A DNA stretch of 64,000 nucleotides from Aplysia californica (lineage: Eukaryota). Below the pieces are notes generated by a model. The model did not search any database. It was not told the DNA's origin and saw only the letters and a program-made list of their open reading frames with translations. The stretch covers positions 2,653,473 through 2,717,472 of the forward strand of contig NW_004797274.1 in NCBI RefSeq assembly GCF_000002075.1. The letters run 5' to 3'. This document shows, one piece after another, positions 27,215 to 40,800 of the stretch; the stretch's first letter is position 1; each line of letters starts with the position of its first letter. The position numbers and the translations under genes were made by a program.

Positions 27215-27268
<54 letters not shown>
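27215..27268. repeat. (CA)n microsatellite
   Basis: Visible. Confidence 0.95.
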
Positions 27269-27270
<2 letters not shown>

Positions 27271-28179
27271 CATTGCACACTTCCAATGGTTTCAAGTTAG
27301 AAATTTGAAAAGACCACTGTCCATGTACATACATGTATCAGTTCTTAGGCATCCCCGAAGCATTATAGTATAGCCTCTTTTAACATTGAGATATTCACAA
27401 ATGCTGGTGGTTTTGTTTTTCCTTCTTCTAGTGTGTGAAGTATGGACTCTCACTCCATGGTTACAGAGATGGGCACAGACAACGGGAACCCAATGCTAAT
27501 GCAGTACCTAAGGCATTTTACAAAATGACGTCAAATTTGGAGGGTAGGCGGTGTTACAGTAGTGGTTGAGACGTTACTTCTAAGTCTGGGTATCTCAGTT
27601 TCAGTCCCCGCTAGAACTCAACAGGATTCTTTTTTCATGGCGTGTTTATTGTTTTCCTACCTGGTCAAAGATACATGATAAAGATTGAATGGCTTGTTGG
27701 TCCTACTTACGATGTAAGCGACAGGTCTCAGTTGAAAAGGACATTTAAATAGATTAGGAAGACTGTTGTAGGCCTANNNNNNNNNNNNNNNNNNNNNNNN
27801 NNNNNNNNNNNNNNNNNNNNNNNNNNNNNNNNNNNNNNNNNNNNNNNNNNNNNNNNNNNNNNNNNNNNNNNNNNNNNNNNNNNNNNNNNNNNNNNNNNNN
27901 NNNNNNNNNNNNNNNNNNNNNCATTGTAAAGTCCGAGGTTCTTGAATGTTTCTTTTCTCGTGTAGCGCGCTTTGTAAAACCCTTCAGATTCAATAGACAC
28001 TTTGTTCATCCATTAGCTAGTTAGTTTTTGCTCTCTTCAGACTGACGATAGTCCAGATGTGGTATTCTGAGTTGGGTTTTTTGTTTGTTTTGTTTTTTGT
28101 CTTACGCATGTCATATACGCTTTTTGACATCCCCACCGCCCTGAACTAGTGGCTCCATATCCTCTGGCTGTTCCCTTGT

Positions 28180-28780
28180 ACGAGCGTGCGACTCCCTTTC
28201 TTTCTGTAGTTCAGTAGTCCATGTGACTCCACCCCACCCCCTTTTAACTCGCATGACCCCTGTACGAATTACTGGCCCCTGGAACACATGACCCCTCGTC
28301 CTCGCTTGCCGTCACTTGGACGTCTGGCCCCTCCCCTCCCTGGCTCCGAGAACGTGTGACTCCTCCCCTCGTGTTGGCGCCCAGAACGCGGGCGCCCTAT
28401 CTTGTCGCCTCTTAGCACATGGAACTTCTTTGCCTTTTGCTGAACCCTGGAACATATTGCTTTATTATTATTGTGACCCCTCTTGTTGACCCATAGAATG
28501 TGACCCTCCCATCTTACTGATCCATAGAACATCCTCTCTTGCTGGTTCCTAGAACATAATATTATTATTGTGACCCCCTTCTCTCTTGTTGACCCCATGT
28601 GACTCCCTCCCCTCTGTTGTCTCTTAGCAAGTGTGACCACCAGCGCCCCCCCCCCCCCTTTCCCCACCTTGTTGATATCTAGAACAAGAACATGTGACCC
28701 CTCCCATCTTGTTCACCGATAGAACGACGTGTGACTCCTCCACTCTTGTCGACTCCAAGAGCGTGCAACCCCCTTTGCTG
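28180..28780. repeat. Degenerate minisatellite (GTGACCCCTC...CTTGTTGACCCATAGAACAT-like units)
   Basis: Recurring GTGACYCC and AGAACAT motifs at roughly 30-40 bp spacing. Confidence 0.6.
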
Positions 28781-29034
28781 TCTCACTATGTGGCGCATAT
28801 ACACATCTTGATGACCTCCCTGAAGGTGCGATTCTCCCTTCTGCACACATAGATCTAGTTCACTACCTACTGACTATCCCTCTTCCCGTGGAGCTAAAAA
28901 GGTGCTAGAATCTTTGCCGCCCCCACCCCCAACTCTTTCCCCCAAAGCCTAGTCGTAGCTAATACTAATGTGAACACAACCCATGCCCTAGACGATACAA
29001 TATAATACGTCAGGACTTTTGATTGGTGCTGTAG

Positions 29035-29603
29035 TTTTTTTTTAAATTTTTTTTTTTATTGTAAATGTTTTACGGCGCTCGCAACTGCATAAAGACGGTA
29101 TAAAGTCATATGAGTGCACGGGACACACCAAACTTTTTCAGTTGGTAGGAAATATTGAATTTTGCCCTGGTGGCGGCCGAAGCCTATAAAGTATAAATCT
29201 TATCGACTTTGAACCACCAAGGGATCTTTCATGCGCAACTTGCATACGGGAACTCCGAGGTTTTTCACCCTTGTCTTCGATGGCTAGGTTTACATCTTTC
29301 CTACCAGAAGATCAGGGGTGTGGCTGAAAGACAGCAGTAAATTAAGAAGGAGCCAAGGTGTACGTAGAAAGGCTGCAGAAAGAGTCCGGAGCTCAGAGAG
29401 GGGGCAAAGGAGATGAGGGGGTGGGGGCAGAAAGTGGAGACGAAAGCAGATGATAGAACATTGGTAGAGAGCAGGAAAGGAGGTGAAAGGAGACAATTTT
29501 ATTTAGAGAATAACATTTTTCCGTCGCTACCCGGATTCGAACCCTGGACCTTTGAATGAGAAGCGAGCACCTTAATTTATACCTCTTGGCCACGAAAGCC
29601 CCC
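29035..29603 (-). mobile_element. tRNA-headed SINE family 2 (Nin/Deu-domain-like centre, A-rich tail)
   Basis: GTGGCCAAGAGG A-box, GGTTCGAATCC B-box, AAAGATCCCTTGGTGG motif; matches 58856-59354. Confidence 0.8.
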
Positions 29604-30291
29604 ACTGTGTGGTGTGATCTTGATGATACATTTCAATAATTTATAATACGTCTGGACTTTTGGATGGTGCTGTGGTGTGATAGACCTACCTCGATAACAA
29701 ACCCCGAAATATGTTGCCTATAGATTGCTCGTGTCTATGCTGTTTGCCCCCCCCCCCCGATTGTTTAAGAAAAGTTGTTAACTTTTTTGTTTTACCAGAG
29801 ACAGTTTTTTTGCTTTTTTTTTTTTAAAGGCCTACGCCTTATTTCAGATGACATACATCATAGTTTGATACGATGAAAAATGCATCCTTTCGCAGATCGA
29901 TGAAACCCTAGATGAAACCGCAATAATATACTGATTAAATTTTTAGATCAGATAACACTTCTGAATAGGCATAATGACATCATAATTTTATGTCAGTAGA
30001 TTCATGTTCAGTACAAATGACTAGGCCTATAATGTATCCATTTATGTATTTTGCGAACTGCATTATGTATATTATTTTCTTATGTATTTGCATGTGCTCA
30101 TTTCGTAACGACGTATTTAAGCGTGCTCNNNNNNNNNNNNNNNNNNNNNNNNNNNNNNNNNNNNNNNNNNNNNNNNNNNNNNNNNNNNNNNNNNNNNNNN
30201 NNNNNNNNNNNNNNNNNNNNNNNNNNNNNNNNNNNNNNNNNNNNNNNNNNNNNNNNNNNNNNNNNNNNNNNNNNNNNNNNNNNNNNNNNNN

Positions 30292-30295
30292 TACG

Positions 30296-30327
<32 letters not shown>

Positions 30328-30617
30328 TGTGTGCGTGCTTGCTTGCGTGCGTGCGTGCTTGCGTGCGTGCGTGCGTGAATATTGTATTGTTCGTACAAGC
30401 ATTTATGNNNNNNNNNNNNNNNNNNNNNNNNNNNNNNNNNNNNNNNNNNNNNNNNNNNNNNNNNNNNNNNNNNNNNNNNNNNNNNNNNNNNNNNNNNNNN
30501 NNNNNNNNNNNNNNNNNNNNNNNNNNNNNNNNNNNNNNNNNNNNNNNNNNNCGTACGTGCGTGCGTGCGTGCGTGCGTGCGTGCGTGAATATTGTATTGT
30601 TCGTACAAGCATTTATG
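30292..30617. repeat. (GCGT)n microsatellite, duplicated across assembly gaps
   Basis: The repeat and its 30-bp flank appear on both sides of an N-gap. Confidence 0.85.
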
Positions 30618-31597
30618 TAAAGCGCCAAGAGCTGTGTTTAAACGGGAGTGCGGGCGCTATAGAAATGATCTTCATTATTATAATAATTATTATAGTTGCA
30701 TTTTGTTGCAAGGCAATCGGGTTTTTATTCAGTTGATCAACCCCCCCCCCCCCCCCTTTTTTTTTATTGACACAGCTGGACTCAAGCGGCGTGCTGCCCT
30801 TTTAATTTTCGCTTGCAACTGTCACAGTGTTGGGAGAGCATGTCTTCTGCTCTTCCTCATATCAGCGGCACCTGCAATTCCTCTTCTTCATTCCCTTTAT
30901 TTTCTTTTTCTTTAGTTTTTTCAACCAACTCAGCTTCTTTCATCACACAAATACTAGTTAAAATTAAATTTCGGACTGTTTTGTTAAAATGTAGGATATT
31001 AATATGCTTTTTGCAAAAGACAGATCTCGAATTTTTTGCTTAAAAACTGAAAAAAAAGTACGAAGGCCAAAAAAGTATTATAAATCTAATACATGTATAC
31101 TTTTAGAGGGATCCCAACATTTTGGCAGACTTCGAACGGTGAACCGATGTTTACCGAATAGGTCTCTTTTATTTTACAAATAAATTACGGGTTTGTTCGG
31201 AAAATGGTATTCAAAACAAAAAGTGAAAGTTGCAAGAAATACAGGGCAAAATTCAATTGGCTATTGAAAAATCGGGAATACCCACAGACTCGCGCAGTAA
31301 TAGCTATTTCTAAACCTTCCCATACGAGGCTTAAATTGAAAGTATTCATTTTAACACAAAATGAATACATTTATTGTCATTGATTAATCTTATAAAATAG
31401 AAATTTAATAATAGTAAGTTGGTTTTATTTCATTACACAGAGAACCCTTTTTTCACAGTGGACAGTTTTCCTCACCATGTTTATGAGTAAGTAGGTCATG
31501 CCATGGATTTGTTGTGGGATGATCGAAATATTGCTGATGGCCTGTAGCCTGTAGTCTGTCGTGAAATGTTGGAAGGTTTTTCTTTATGTAAAGGAAC

Positions 31598-31857
31598 ATG
31601 AGAGTTGAAAATATTAATTTGTTCACTATATTTTTTATGGTGTATCCATCGTGCTATAGTTTTTACAACTTTGAACATGACTGGGATCCTTTCCATAGCA
31701 AATACTCCCATTTTAGTGAGAAGGAACGATTACAGATGGTGGAAGAGTCGAGGAACATGTTTCGGTTTGGCTATGACAGTTACATGAAACATGCATTTCC
31801 AGAGGATGAGTTGGATCCTATTCATTGCCGAGGAAGAGGCGCTGATCACGACCATCC
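31598..31857 (+). CDS. EDEM1: EDEM1 coding exon 1
   Basis: ATG, hydrophobic signal, [19 protein letters not shown]; GTGAGT donor. Confidence 0.9.
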
Positions 31858-34800
31858 GTGAGTTGTTTGAGTTAATACAGGACAAAATTCTCCTCAGTAA
31901 AAGTCTGAATCTGAAGAAAGTGCAAGCAATTAGTATTAGCCTAGCCTAGTAGGGCTAGAATCTAGATCTAGATCTAGATCTAGAAATCTAGATCTACATA
32001 TCTAGATCTACATTACAATCTCCGCGTAAAAGGCCTACGGTCAAACCGCTTATGGTCCCGGTTCGCCTAGAGGCTAACATTCCGCTGTTTTGGAAACTCA
32101 GAAATTTTATTAGATCTAGATCTAGAATTTATATAAAAGTCACCCCTAAGATCCTGCTCTGACCCGCAAGGACCTACATTCGGCTAAGATCCCGCTTTTC
32201 AGGTCATAATTTAGTTGGCTTTTTTTCGTTGTTTAAAAAAAACAAACCCCAAAAACCCAAGAAACCTGGACACGCTTTGCTGATAAACCAAGTTGCGACA
32301 ATATGGAATCATTGTACGGTCCTTTACGTCACGGAGCATCCACTCTCATGAATGCGATCACACCTCGCTGTTGTAAATCTCAATCAGCAGGGTTACAATA
32401 TTTGCCCCTGACAGGATCGCACCAATGTGTGAACTCATCGATGCTTTGCTTTCCCTGATCCCTGAGCTGTCTGCCTGATCTTATATATATATATCTCACG
32501 CTAAGTGGGGAGGGCCTACAAGCAACTTGCATCATTCTGCATTCCATCTAACTGTGACTCGTGGTACTTACGTTTCCCAGACCATCGCTCTCGTCTTTCA
32601 GTTTTGCGCTCGAACTTCCTAGATAGACTGGCGCCCATACTCATGGACTGTCTGATCGCCTTTGCGCAATTTGGTCATCTGTTGGCAGTGAACCTGCCTT
32701 TCATTTTTTTAAAAATTAGTCGGTGTGGTCACAACACAACAATTTATAATTTATGATGCATTCTGACATGGGCGGGGAACTCTGTCGAGGATGGAAAGCA
32801 ATACATTTTTGGTGTGGGGGGCATTGCCTGAAGCCGACTGGTTTCCATCTGACACAGTATTTTTTTAAAAGCCCTCCCCCTAACATAAAAAGGAAATACT
32901 GACGTCTGAAAAGAACTTTTAGTGCCCAGGCATGGAGTCACGCCAGTTCATTTTAAAGTAAGGGAAGATTGTACAGATTTCAGTCACACTTGCTTGATGA
33001 TAGACATGGGCTAAAACAAGCAATCTCTGTGTCCCTCTGCCTGGGCTCCTGTGCGATATGTTATTACCAGCATCTAATTCAGAATGATCTTCAAAATAAT
33101 GTCTTGCATAGTAGTAAACACTGTTTCACATGTATACATGTTTTGTCCTAGACGGGCCGGGTTTGGGAAAGGGTCTCGCTCACCAGTGTTCCAGTGGCTA
33201 GGCATACGGGCACTTTTACGCACCACCAGTATACCGGTGGCAAGGCTGAATGGGTAATGAAAGAGAAGGAAACACTCGGGGGAGGGGTTGATAGCGGCAT
33301 CTACAACTGTATACAGACTAATGGACAGCAAAATCTTCACTCTGTAATAATTGTATAGAGGCCTACACAGAATGTCTTTGCTTTCCTGATCTTTGTAAAA
33401 GTTGATCATTGCTTAGAGAGTAGTTTTTTTATTAGTTCAGACTCTGTTACAACTCTCAATATTGGGATGAAAAATTGTTTTAAAGCACATTCTGTCCTCC
33501 CTTGGGTCACATTTCAACTGAGAATAATTGTGATGGGACCAGGAAGCTGACCAGTGGTAACTGAATGGTGTCCTTTGTTGAAATACATTGGAGAAGCGGG
33601 TCTATGTAGGAAACTGCTTTTTTAGTCTCTCACAATGGAGTCTATGGTGGAGATGACTATGATGATGATTAAAGAGCCTTTTTTTCTCAAGAAGTAAAAC
33701 TCCAAGAAAATCTATTTTAGTTTTAGATGTGAAGTTGTAAAAATAATAGTTTTGGTATAAATCATGAATGAGAGGTCATGCATGGGGTTACGTCATCCCC
33801 AAGAATATCTACCCGTAACATGTATTTGTCACCCTGTCAGTTTTGTTTGGAAAGTGGTGAATGATTTTCATGGTATCAGATTTTCATATTTTTCTCTTCC
33901 AGTTTGACATTTAATTAATTAGAGGCTTCCAATCCTTTTGTGATGTTCCTTAATTATTTCTCCTTCTGATGCTGGAACAGAAGCACTCAGGTTTCTTCTG
34001 CACTTTCTGCTCGTGATTTTGTTTTAGCTCCTCTTTACTGTCGTCCCAACCATGCAAATGCAAGTATTTTAATCTTTTAAGTTCAGCAAGTGCTCATCAG
34101 ACTGAAACTTCGGGGCTGTCTTATCTTGCTAACTCTGACCTGTAGATTGTGTTTAATGAGTTATTGATGGGGGTGGGGGTTCTTTGGGGCTTATAAATAG
34201 CACATGGGAATTTGTTACAAGTTGAAGAATAGATTGCTTTTCTGCACACTTCTTGCTTCCCTCTGGGTCTCTTAAGTTTGTATATTGCAAGTTAAAGGGG
34301 GACTGGACTTGCTTTTTGTATACATGATGACAATTACATAAATGGCTGCCTAAGTTTGATAACTTCCAAAGCTTGAGAGTTGTGAGTCCTTGGTTACTGT
34401 AAATTTACATGATCATATATTGTGTAAAATCCACACAGCAATGTGTTTTTAATGGACATAAAGATGTTGAGACAAAAAATAAAAAATTGGTAAAAATTGC
34501 CACACGGGAAGAAAAATGCTGTTTTCTTCTAATTCATTTAGATTTAGATGAGCGCCTGATTTCACCACGATGCCTAACATATTGTGTTAAGAATTACACA
34601 TATTTTTTGTTTGCTCGTATATTTCAGGGATAATATAAACATCAATGATGTCCTTGGAGATTATGTCCTGACCTTAGTAGAGTCATTGGACACTCTGGCA
34701 GTAAGTATAATCATTGTTAAGATCATAGAAAGAGGAAAGGGTGGATTTCTTAAACTTAAAGGATTTTCAGTTCTATGTCTTTTTTAACTTATGTTGATTT

Positions 34801-37800
34801 TAAATCTCAAAAGTAGCAGTTTGAGACTGACTTTCATTTTAGAAGTGGATAGTCATAAAAACTCTTTAAACAATCCAACCTGAGAAAGTTCCCTGTTTCT
34901 GTGTAAAAATTAGGTTGTTTACCGTAGCTCTCTCTTTAAGAGTGATGACCCTTTGAAAATGAAATGAAACAATAGAAAATGTTTTTTTATCCTAGAACTC
35001 AACCGTTTAAGGTTGAAGTACAGGCAACATTTCAAGCCGTTTTCTGTTGGATGTTGGATTTCATTTAAGGATAGATTTGTAAGCTTCAGGTAATACAGAG
35101 AGCCAAGTGTGAGGTTGACTGAACAGCTTTAGGGACAAGTTGTTAGTCATCATGTAATTTGATTGCCATGACCAACGTTATTGATTGTTGCAGATCATGG
35201 GTAACAGCTCTGAGTTTAAGAGAGCAGTGCAGCTGGCCATAGAGCATGTGTCTTTTAACAAGAACACCACAGTGCAAGTGTTTGAGGCTACTATCAGGTA
35301 ATTGGACTGTGGGTTTGACCATGTTTGGCAGGGTTTGGTATTATGGTTAGGGTATTTGATTTTTTAAATTTCCAGCCATTCATCTTCAGTTAAGCAGAAA
35401 ATGTATAAATAATATGTTACCATTTCAAGGGAACTGCTATTGCTGGAATAGAAATAATGATGCTACAAATGCTATAAGAAATTATAAGCATTTTCCAGGC
35501 TCAACCGGCAAAGTTGAATCAAATACCGCTGTGAGCTGTTTGGAACATAGTGCTTGCCAATCTGGATGATATTTGGGAATTTTGGTGGGCGGTGCCGGTG
35601 GGGATCACCCGGGTAGTGACAGGTATCATTTAATGCCTTGTTTGGAAATATAGGTAGGTGAACGGTACAAAAATTATAGCCTCTTAAAGGTGGCAAAAGT
35701 GGGCATTGGCTATGAAAAGATTGACAAGCACTGCTCTTCCTCTTTCTCCTCCCCCCAACCCAGAATGGTAGGCTCATTGCTGTCTGCCCATCTGATCATT
35801 GTGGACCCGCGACAACCTCTGGGTGACATGCGGGTACCTGGCTATGAGAATGAATTGCTTGACCTTGCTCACGACCTGGCTACCAGACTTCTGCCTGCCT
35901 TCAGCAATACAAGAACGGGCATCCCATACCCAAGAGTGGGTTTCAGTTGGTCGTTTTGATATGGCTGCTTAATTAAGCAGAGGGTGGGGGATGTTATTTC
36001 ATTTATAGACCCTGTTTGGTTATCTTTGTTTTATTGAGAGTTTTATGGCACTTGCAGCATAATTAGGTCATATAAGTGCCGAAGATTAGAGGTGTTACAA
36101 GAGAGTGACAAACACAAAAAAGGAGGAGGAGAGATATGGACGACAGGTGTTTGAAAGGAAAGAAGGGAAGCACCACACCGAAGCACCTGCCTACCACTCA
36201 TGATTATCATTGCTGAAGGGATTTTTTTTCTCTCTATATGATTTATGCTAATGAATGTGAAATGGCACATTTATGGTAATAAAAATAAGATGCTTATGAA
36301 AGTAAAAGAATATTTTTGCACTATGCTGAGTTCCAAAACTCAGGGTGTCGAAATGTGCAAGATATCTTTTAACAGCAGCAAGAGAATTTCCTGAAAGTAT
36401 GTCTTTTCTGATCCATTTGCAAATGTCTTAGTGAATAAATTCCCATGAATTTTTCATCCCCCTTCAGGTCTCTTTGAGGGACGGAGTACCAGAAAATTGT
36501 ATCAATGAGACGTGCACCTCAGGGGCGGGAACTCTGATACTGGAGTTTGGCATCCTGTCACGTCTGTTGAATGACCCAGTTTATGAGGGTTTAGCACGCC
36601 GAGCGGTGACAAATCTATGGCAGTTGAGGTCAAATGTCACAGGGTTATTAGGTGAGTTTTGTGGTTTTAGTAGAATGACAGTTCTTTGTTATCAGCTCTC
36701 TTCAGGTGTTTTGACCATTGACCAATGAAGGTCATTTTGAATGTGGTCCCATAGAAATTGTAGAGAAGATTTATTACCCGGGTAGTGACAGGTATCATTT
36801 AATGCGGTTGCTGATGGTTTGTTTGTATAATATGAAATGCCGTTGATAATTGCATATTGTACTGAGACAAATCTTTGGACTTTTGTTTGTGCAGTTTTAG
36901 GCTCTGCACATTTCAGCATAAAGGGAGGTAATCTCTAGTTGTTGTTTCCATTTGTAAAAACTTTGCAAACTGGTTGTGTAGTTGCCCCCGTCCCCTACCC
37001 CCCTTTGTGAACACGTTCTGGGCTTTGCTGTTGCATTAATTTCGTGAAAAATTTTCAAATAATCTGTTTTGTTATTGGCTGCTGGGTTAATATAGACTGT
37101 GTTCACGGAATCAGAAAAATAATATGGGTATGTTGTTTTGATTTTATTATTTTATTCTGCTTATTTGTGTTATCACCAGCTTTACTAAGAATTGTTTTCT
37201 TTGAATAGGAAACATATGCTTTTGAAATATGATTTTATGTTGTGATTCATGGTTCATGCTCAAAGATTTAATAAATTATAACATTTGCCAAAAATGAGTA
37301 TGGTTTTATTTCTTTTGTCATGATCTTTGATTTGAGAACCAGTTCGTATGATCAATTCTTATTCTTATAGCTATACTAAGCCTGAATTTCTTCCCATTTC
37401 TTGCTTTTGTTTTCAAGGCAATGTGATCAACATCCAGACTGGCGAGTGGGTCGGCCCCATGAGTGGGCTTGGAGCAGGCATTGATTCCTTCTTTGAATAT
37501 TTATTGAAGGTAATATGGTTCTTCTTTAAGGTTGTTACTAGTTCATGTTCCAGGGTAATAAATCTTCTGTCTGTTTTGGAAATTAGTTTGTTTTGTTTAC
37601 CACACCTTTTAAAGATGCAGGTCAGTTTTTTAACCTTTTATTTCAATCTTCAAGCAATCAAAAAACTTTCAATTGTGAATGAGGCCTACTTTTGGATGTA
37701 CTCACTCAGAAATTAGTACATTTTTTTTTCAAATTACCCTAGGTCAGTATGAAACTACACCCCATCTTAATGAGAATGTTTATCCTCAAGGAGGAAACTC

Positions 37801-40800
37801 GAGCTACAGCTCGTAACACCGTCTACTGACGAGTCGTTCAACCTCACCAGACTGGTGTTGTCAGAAAAGAGAGAATGACTCAAGAGCTCTAGATCAAGTT
37901 CAGTGTCTGGTCATTTTACTTTGTTTTTCTGTACCTCTACGTAGCTTTACTCATGTTGTTGGAGTGAAGAAAAGTAAATTATGCTTTTTAGTTTGACGAA
38001 CTGTAGTTTAGAGAATAATGAAGAGCTACTTCAAATCATAGACAGACTTTGCAAGGTTCAACATTTTTAGCCAGCTTTTAATTTAATGTACACAATCTGC
38101 TTGGTGACAAAAGTCTTTTTTATTCTTTCAGGCGTACATTCTGTTTGGGGACAAAAATGACTTGAAAATGTTCAATGAATCGTATGAGACGATCAAATTT
38201 CACATGAGAAGAGGGTAAGTTTCATCAACTGGTTAAACTGGGGTTTTGTTTTCAATTTGAAACAGTTAACTCAGAACTCCTACAACAGTTTATAGTTACC
38301 ATTTTTCTAATGTGTTCCAGATGAATGATGTTGCTCTTTTTGGGCCAACTTGGGGTTAATAACTATCTATAGGCCAGCACTCATATAATGAGCTTTCTGG
38401 TGTGTAGCTCAGTATACAAAAAAAAAGATGTCATTAAAAAAATTACACAAGTTTCTGCTGCTAGTTCCAAAATATCTTTGTGGCTCTGTGAAAGGTAGCT
38501 TGACAAGAGTATGTTTTAGAACTGGACACATGTTATTTGTAGCTTGACGTAAATGTGTGTTAAGAGGTTGACATAAGATTGTGTTAAAAGATTGACAAAA
38601 GTGCCTTTTAGAGCTTTTTATGAGTGTGTTTTTAGAGGTTGCCTGAAGCATGTGGTTTTAACAGACTTACCATGTAGGCCTACTCCAATAAAATCACAGT
38701 GCTCCGGGTTTTTTTTTGCCTGTTGAAGAATTCAGCTTGAATTTGCTTAAAATCCTATATTTTTCTTGAATTCTATTTCCATCAGTCACAAACAGCTTAT
38801 TGTAAATGACATGGAGATAATTGGTTCATTTTCAATATTTGTGCACTTTTTTATAATTGGCATGAAAATACACATTTTCATTTGCATGTATTTGTTATAC
38901 ATGTGTTTATTTGTTATTTTTGGTTTGTAAAGTTGTCTTATCTACTGGCGTTCTGGAGACTCAGATCGCCCCCCTTCAAACTCTGGTTTTGATAAAGGAT
39001 TCTGAGGAAAACTCTATTGTGTTTTATTTCTGCAGGAGAACCAAATGTAACACTGGCACTGGCAACACCCCTCTGTATGTGAATGTCAACATGAAGACCG
39101 GTGAGACGGTCAACACCTGGATTGATGCACTACAGGCTGCATGGTCAGCAGTGCAGGTGGGTCTGTTCTCCAGAGTCTGGCTAGTCAGTGGTGTAGAGGA
39201 ATCAGTTCTTTAGAGTTTGCTTTGTGAGCTTTTCTGATGAATCTGCACTTTTGAGTCCGTTGGGTGTTCCGAACAGATGGATCAGTCTGTTTGAATAAGA
39301 TGTGCGAACGGTTAAGATTTCATTGGTAGCGAGATAATAACGTTAACCTTCTGATTAGAGAGAAAACTGTGATCCTTTACCTTTAATGCAACATGTTCAG
39401 CTACCAAATAGATGGATCTGCCTGACTGATTAACATGTGCAAGTAGGTAGATTTCATTGATAGCTAGATAGTAACATTGACCGTCTGATGGGAGGGAAAG
39501 CTGAGATCTTTCACCTTTGTATGCAACATGTTCAGCTGTGCTGCCTTTTCAACGGAATGCAATCATAAATTCCCTTATGTACCAGTTGTATGGCCTTCCA
39601 TATGAGTCGGTATATTGCCACCAACTTATCCACTGCTTTGTAGTCACCAATATCAGATCTGCTTTCCTGTCCATGAGACCAGACTCCGTGAACAAACTCA
39701 ACAAGACAACTCATAACTCAGCAGTGAGAGAAAAGTACAAGCTGTCGGGGCCTGGAACATTTTGCTCCCACTGGGAAAAATAGAAGACAAATGAGGCTGA
39801 GGTAAACCATGATACTTATAGAACCTTAACAGATGGGTGAGGGGGAAAGACCAGGATAACTTAGGTTTTGGAGAGTATCCGAACAATCAAATGAATGTTG
39901 AACAATGATCGCCAATGTGTGCTTCATTTCTGGCACTTCTTGATGATGATGATATTTTGATCCACAGGTGTTGAATGGTGATATTGAGGAAGCTATATGC
40001 TCACACGCTTTGTATTATGCTATCTGGCAACGCTATGAGGCTTTGCCAGAGAGGTACAACTGGCAACTGAAGGCCCCTGATATCAGGTTTTACCCATTAC
40101 GGCCAGAACTGATTGAGTCTACATACTTTCTGTACCAAGCTACCAAAAATCCGTTCTACCTTCATGTTGGCAGGGACATTCTCAACAGCATCAATGAACA
40201 TACCAAAGAAAGGTTTGTTCATTTGGATATATTTTTTTGTTTCACACCCTTTATAACTTCATTTAGACACTTACGGCAAACCTACAAATTAATGTCTCTT
40301 ATAGGACCGGGGTAGAGAGAGCTGAAGGATCTCCCGATAAGTTCAGACTGGCATGCCTGCATTACTGTCATTGTGGCAAAGTGCCTTCACAACTGACCTA
40401 GTGACATCTTCTCAAAGGAAGATATGAGTAGGTGACATTTTGTGCTCCCAAAGAATTATTGTAAAATTTGGGTTTGAAAGCCTCGATAATTTAACATTTC
40501 TAGTCATTGCTGTCTTTCTTTGGTTAGCTTCTTAATGGAAGTTTATTTATTTGTGATATAAAATGACATTGAGCACTCATCTTCCTGACCTGCCTCAAAA
40601 CTGGTGCTTCCAAGTCACTTTCATCTGAATAGATTGCCTCTTTCTCAGAATTCAATTACATTTAGCGAAGTTCATTTTTCTAGTCACTTTTTCCCCCCAC
40701 AGGCCGAGTGGAGGGGAAAATCAACTTGGAAAGACTGAGATACTTAATAAAATAGACTCCTCCATCCGAGAATTGAAGTCATTTTTTTATATGTGAAAGA

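Noticed and set aside
29520-29603. tRNA-like sequence with A and B boxes (also at 5660-5731, 53050-53126, 58856-58930, 63640-63718)
   Set aside because: These are SINE heads followed by SINE bodies. There is no complete cloverleaf, and the anticodon-position bases vary between copies.
29980-30736. Long ORFs through N-runs and (GCGT)n; likewise 27728-28009, 56838-57555 and 60667-61008
   Set aside because: Artefacts of assembly gaps and microsatellites.
30900-31597. ERSE/UPRE elements upstream of EDEM1
   Set aside because: An inverted CCAAT is present near 31256, but I found no CCAAT-N9-CCACG or TGACGTGG match.
37790-37895. Hammerhead-like arrangement in EDEM1 intron 6 (GTCTA-CTGACGA-stem-...-GAGC-TC-TAGAT)
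   Set aside because: Stems I and II can be drawn, but the essential GAAA reads TCAA. The upstream GAAA gives no compatible stems. It is inactive or coincidental.
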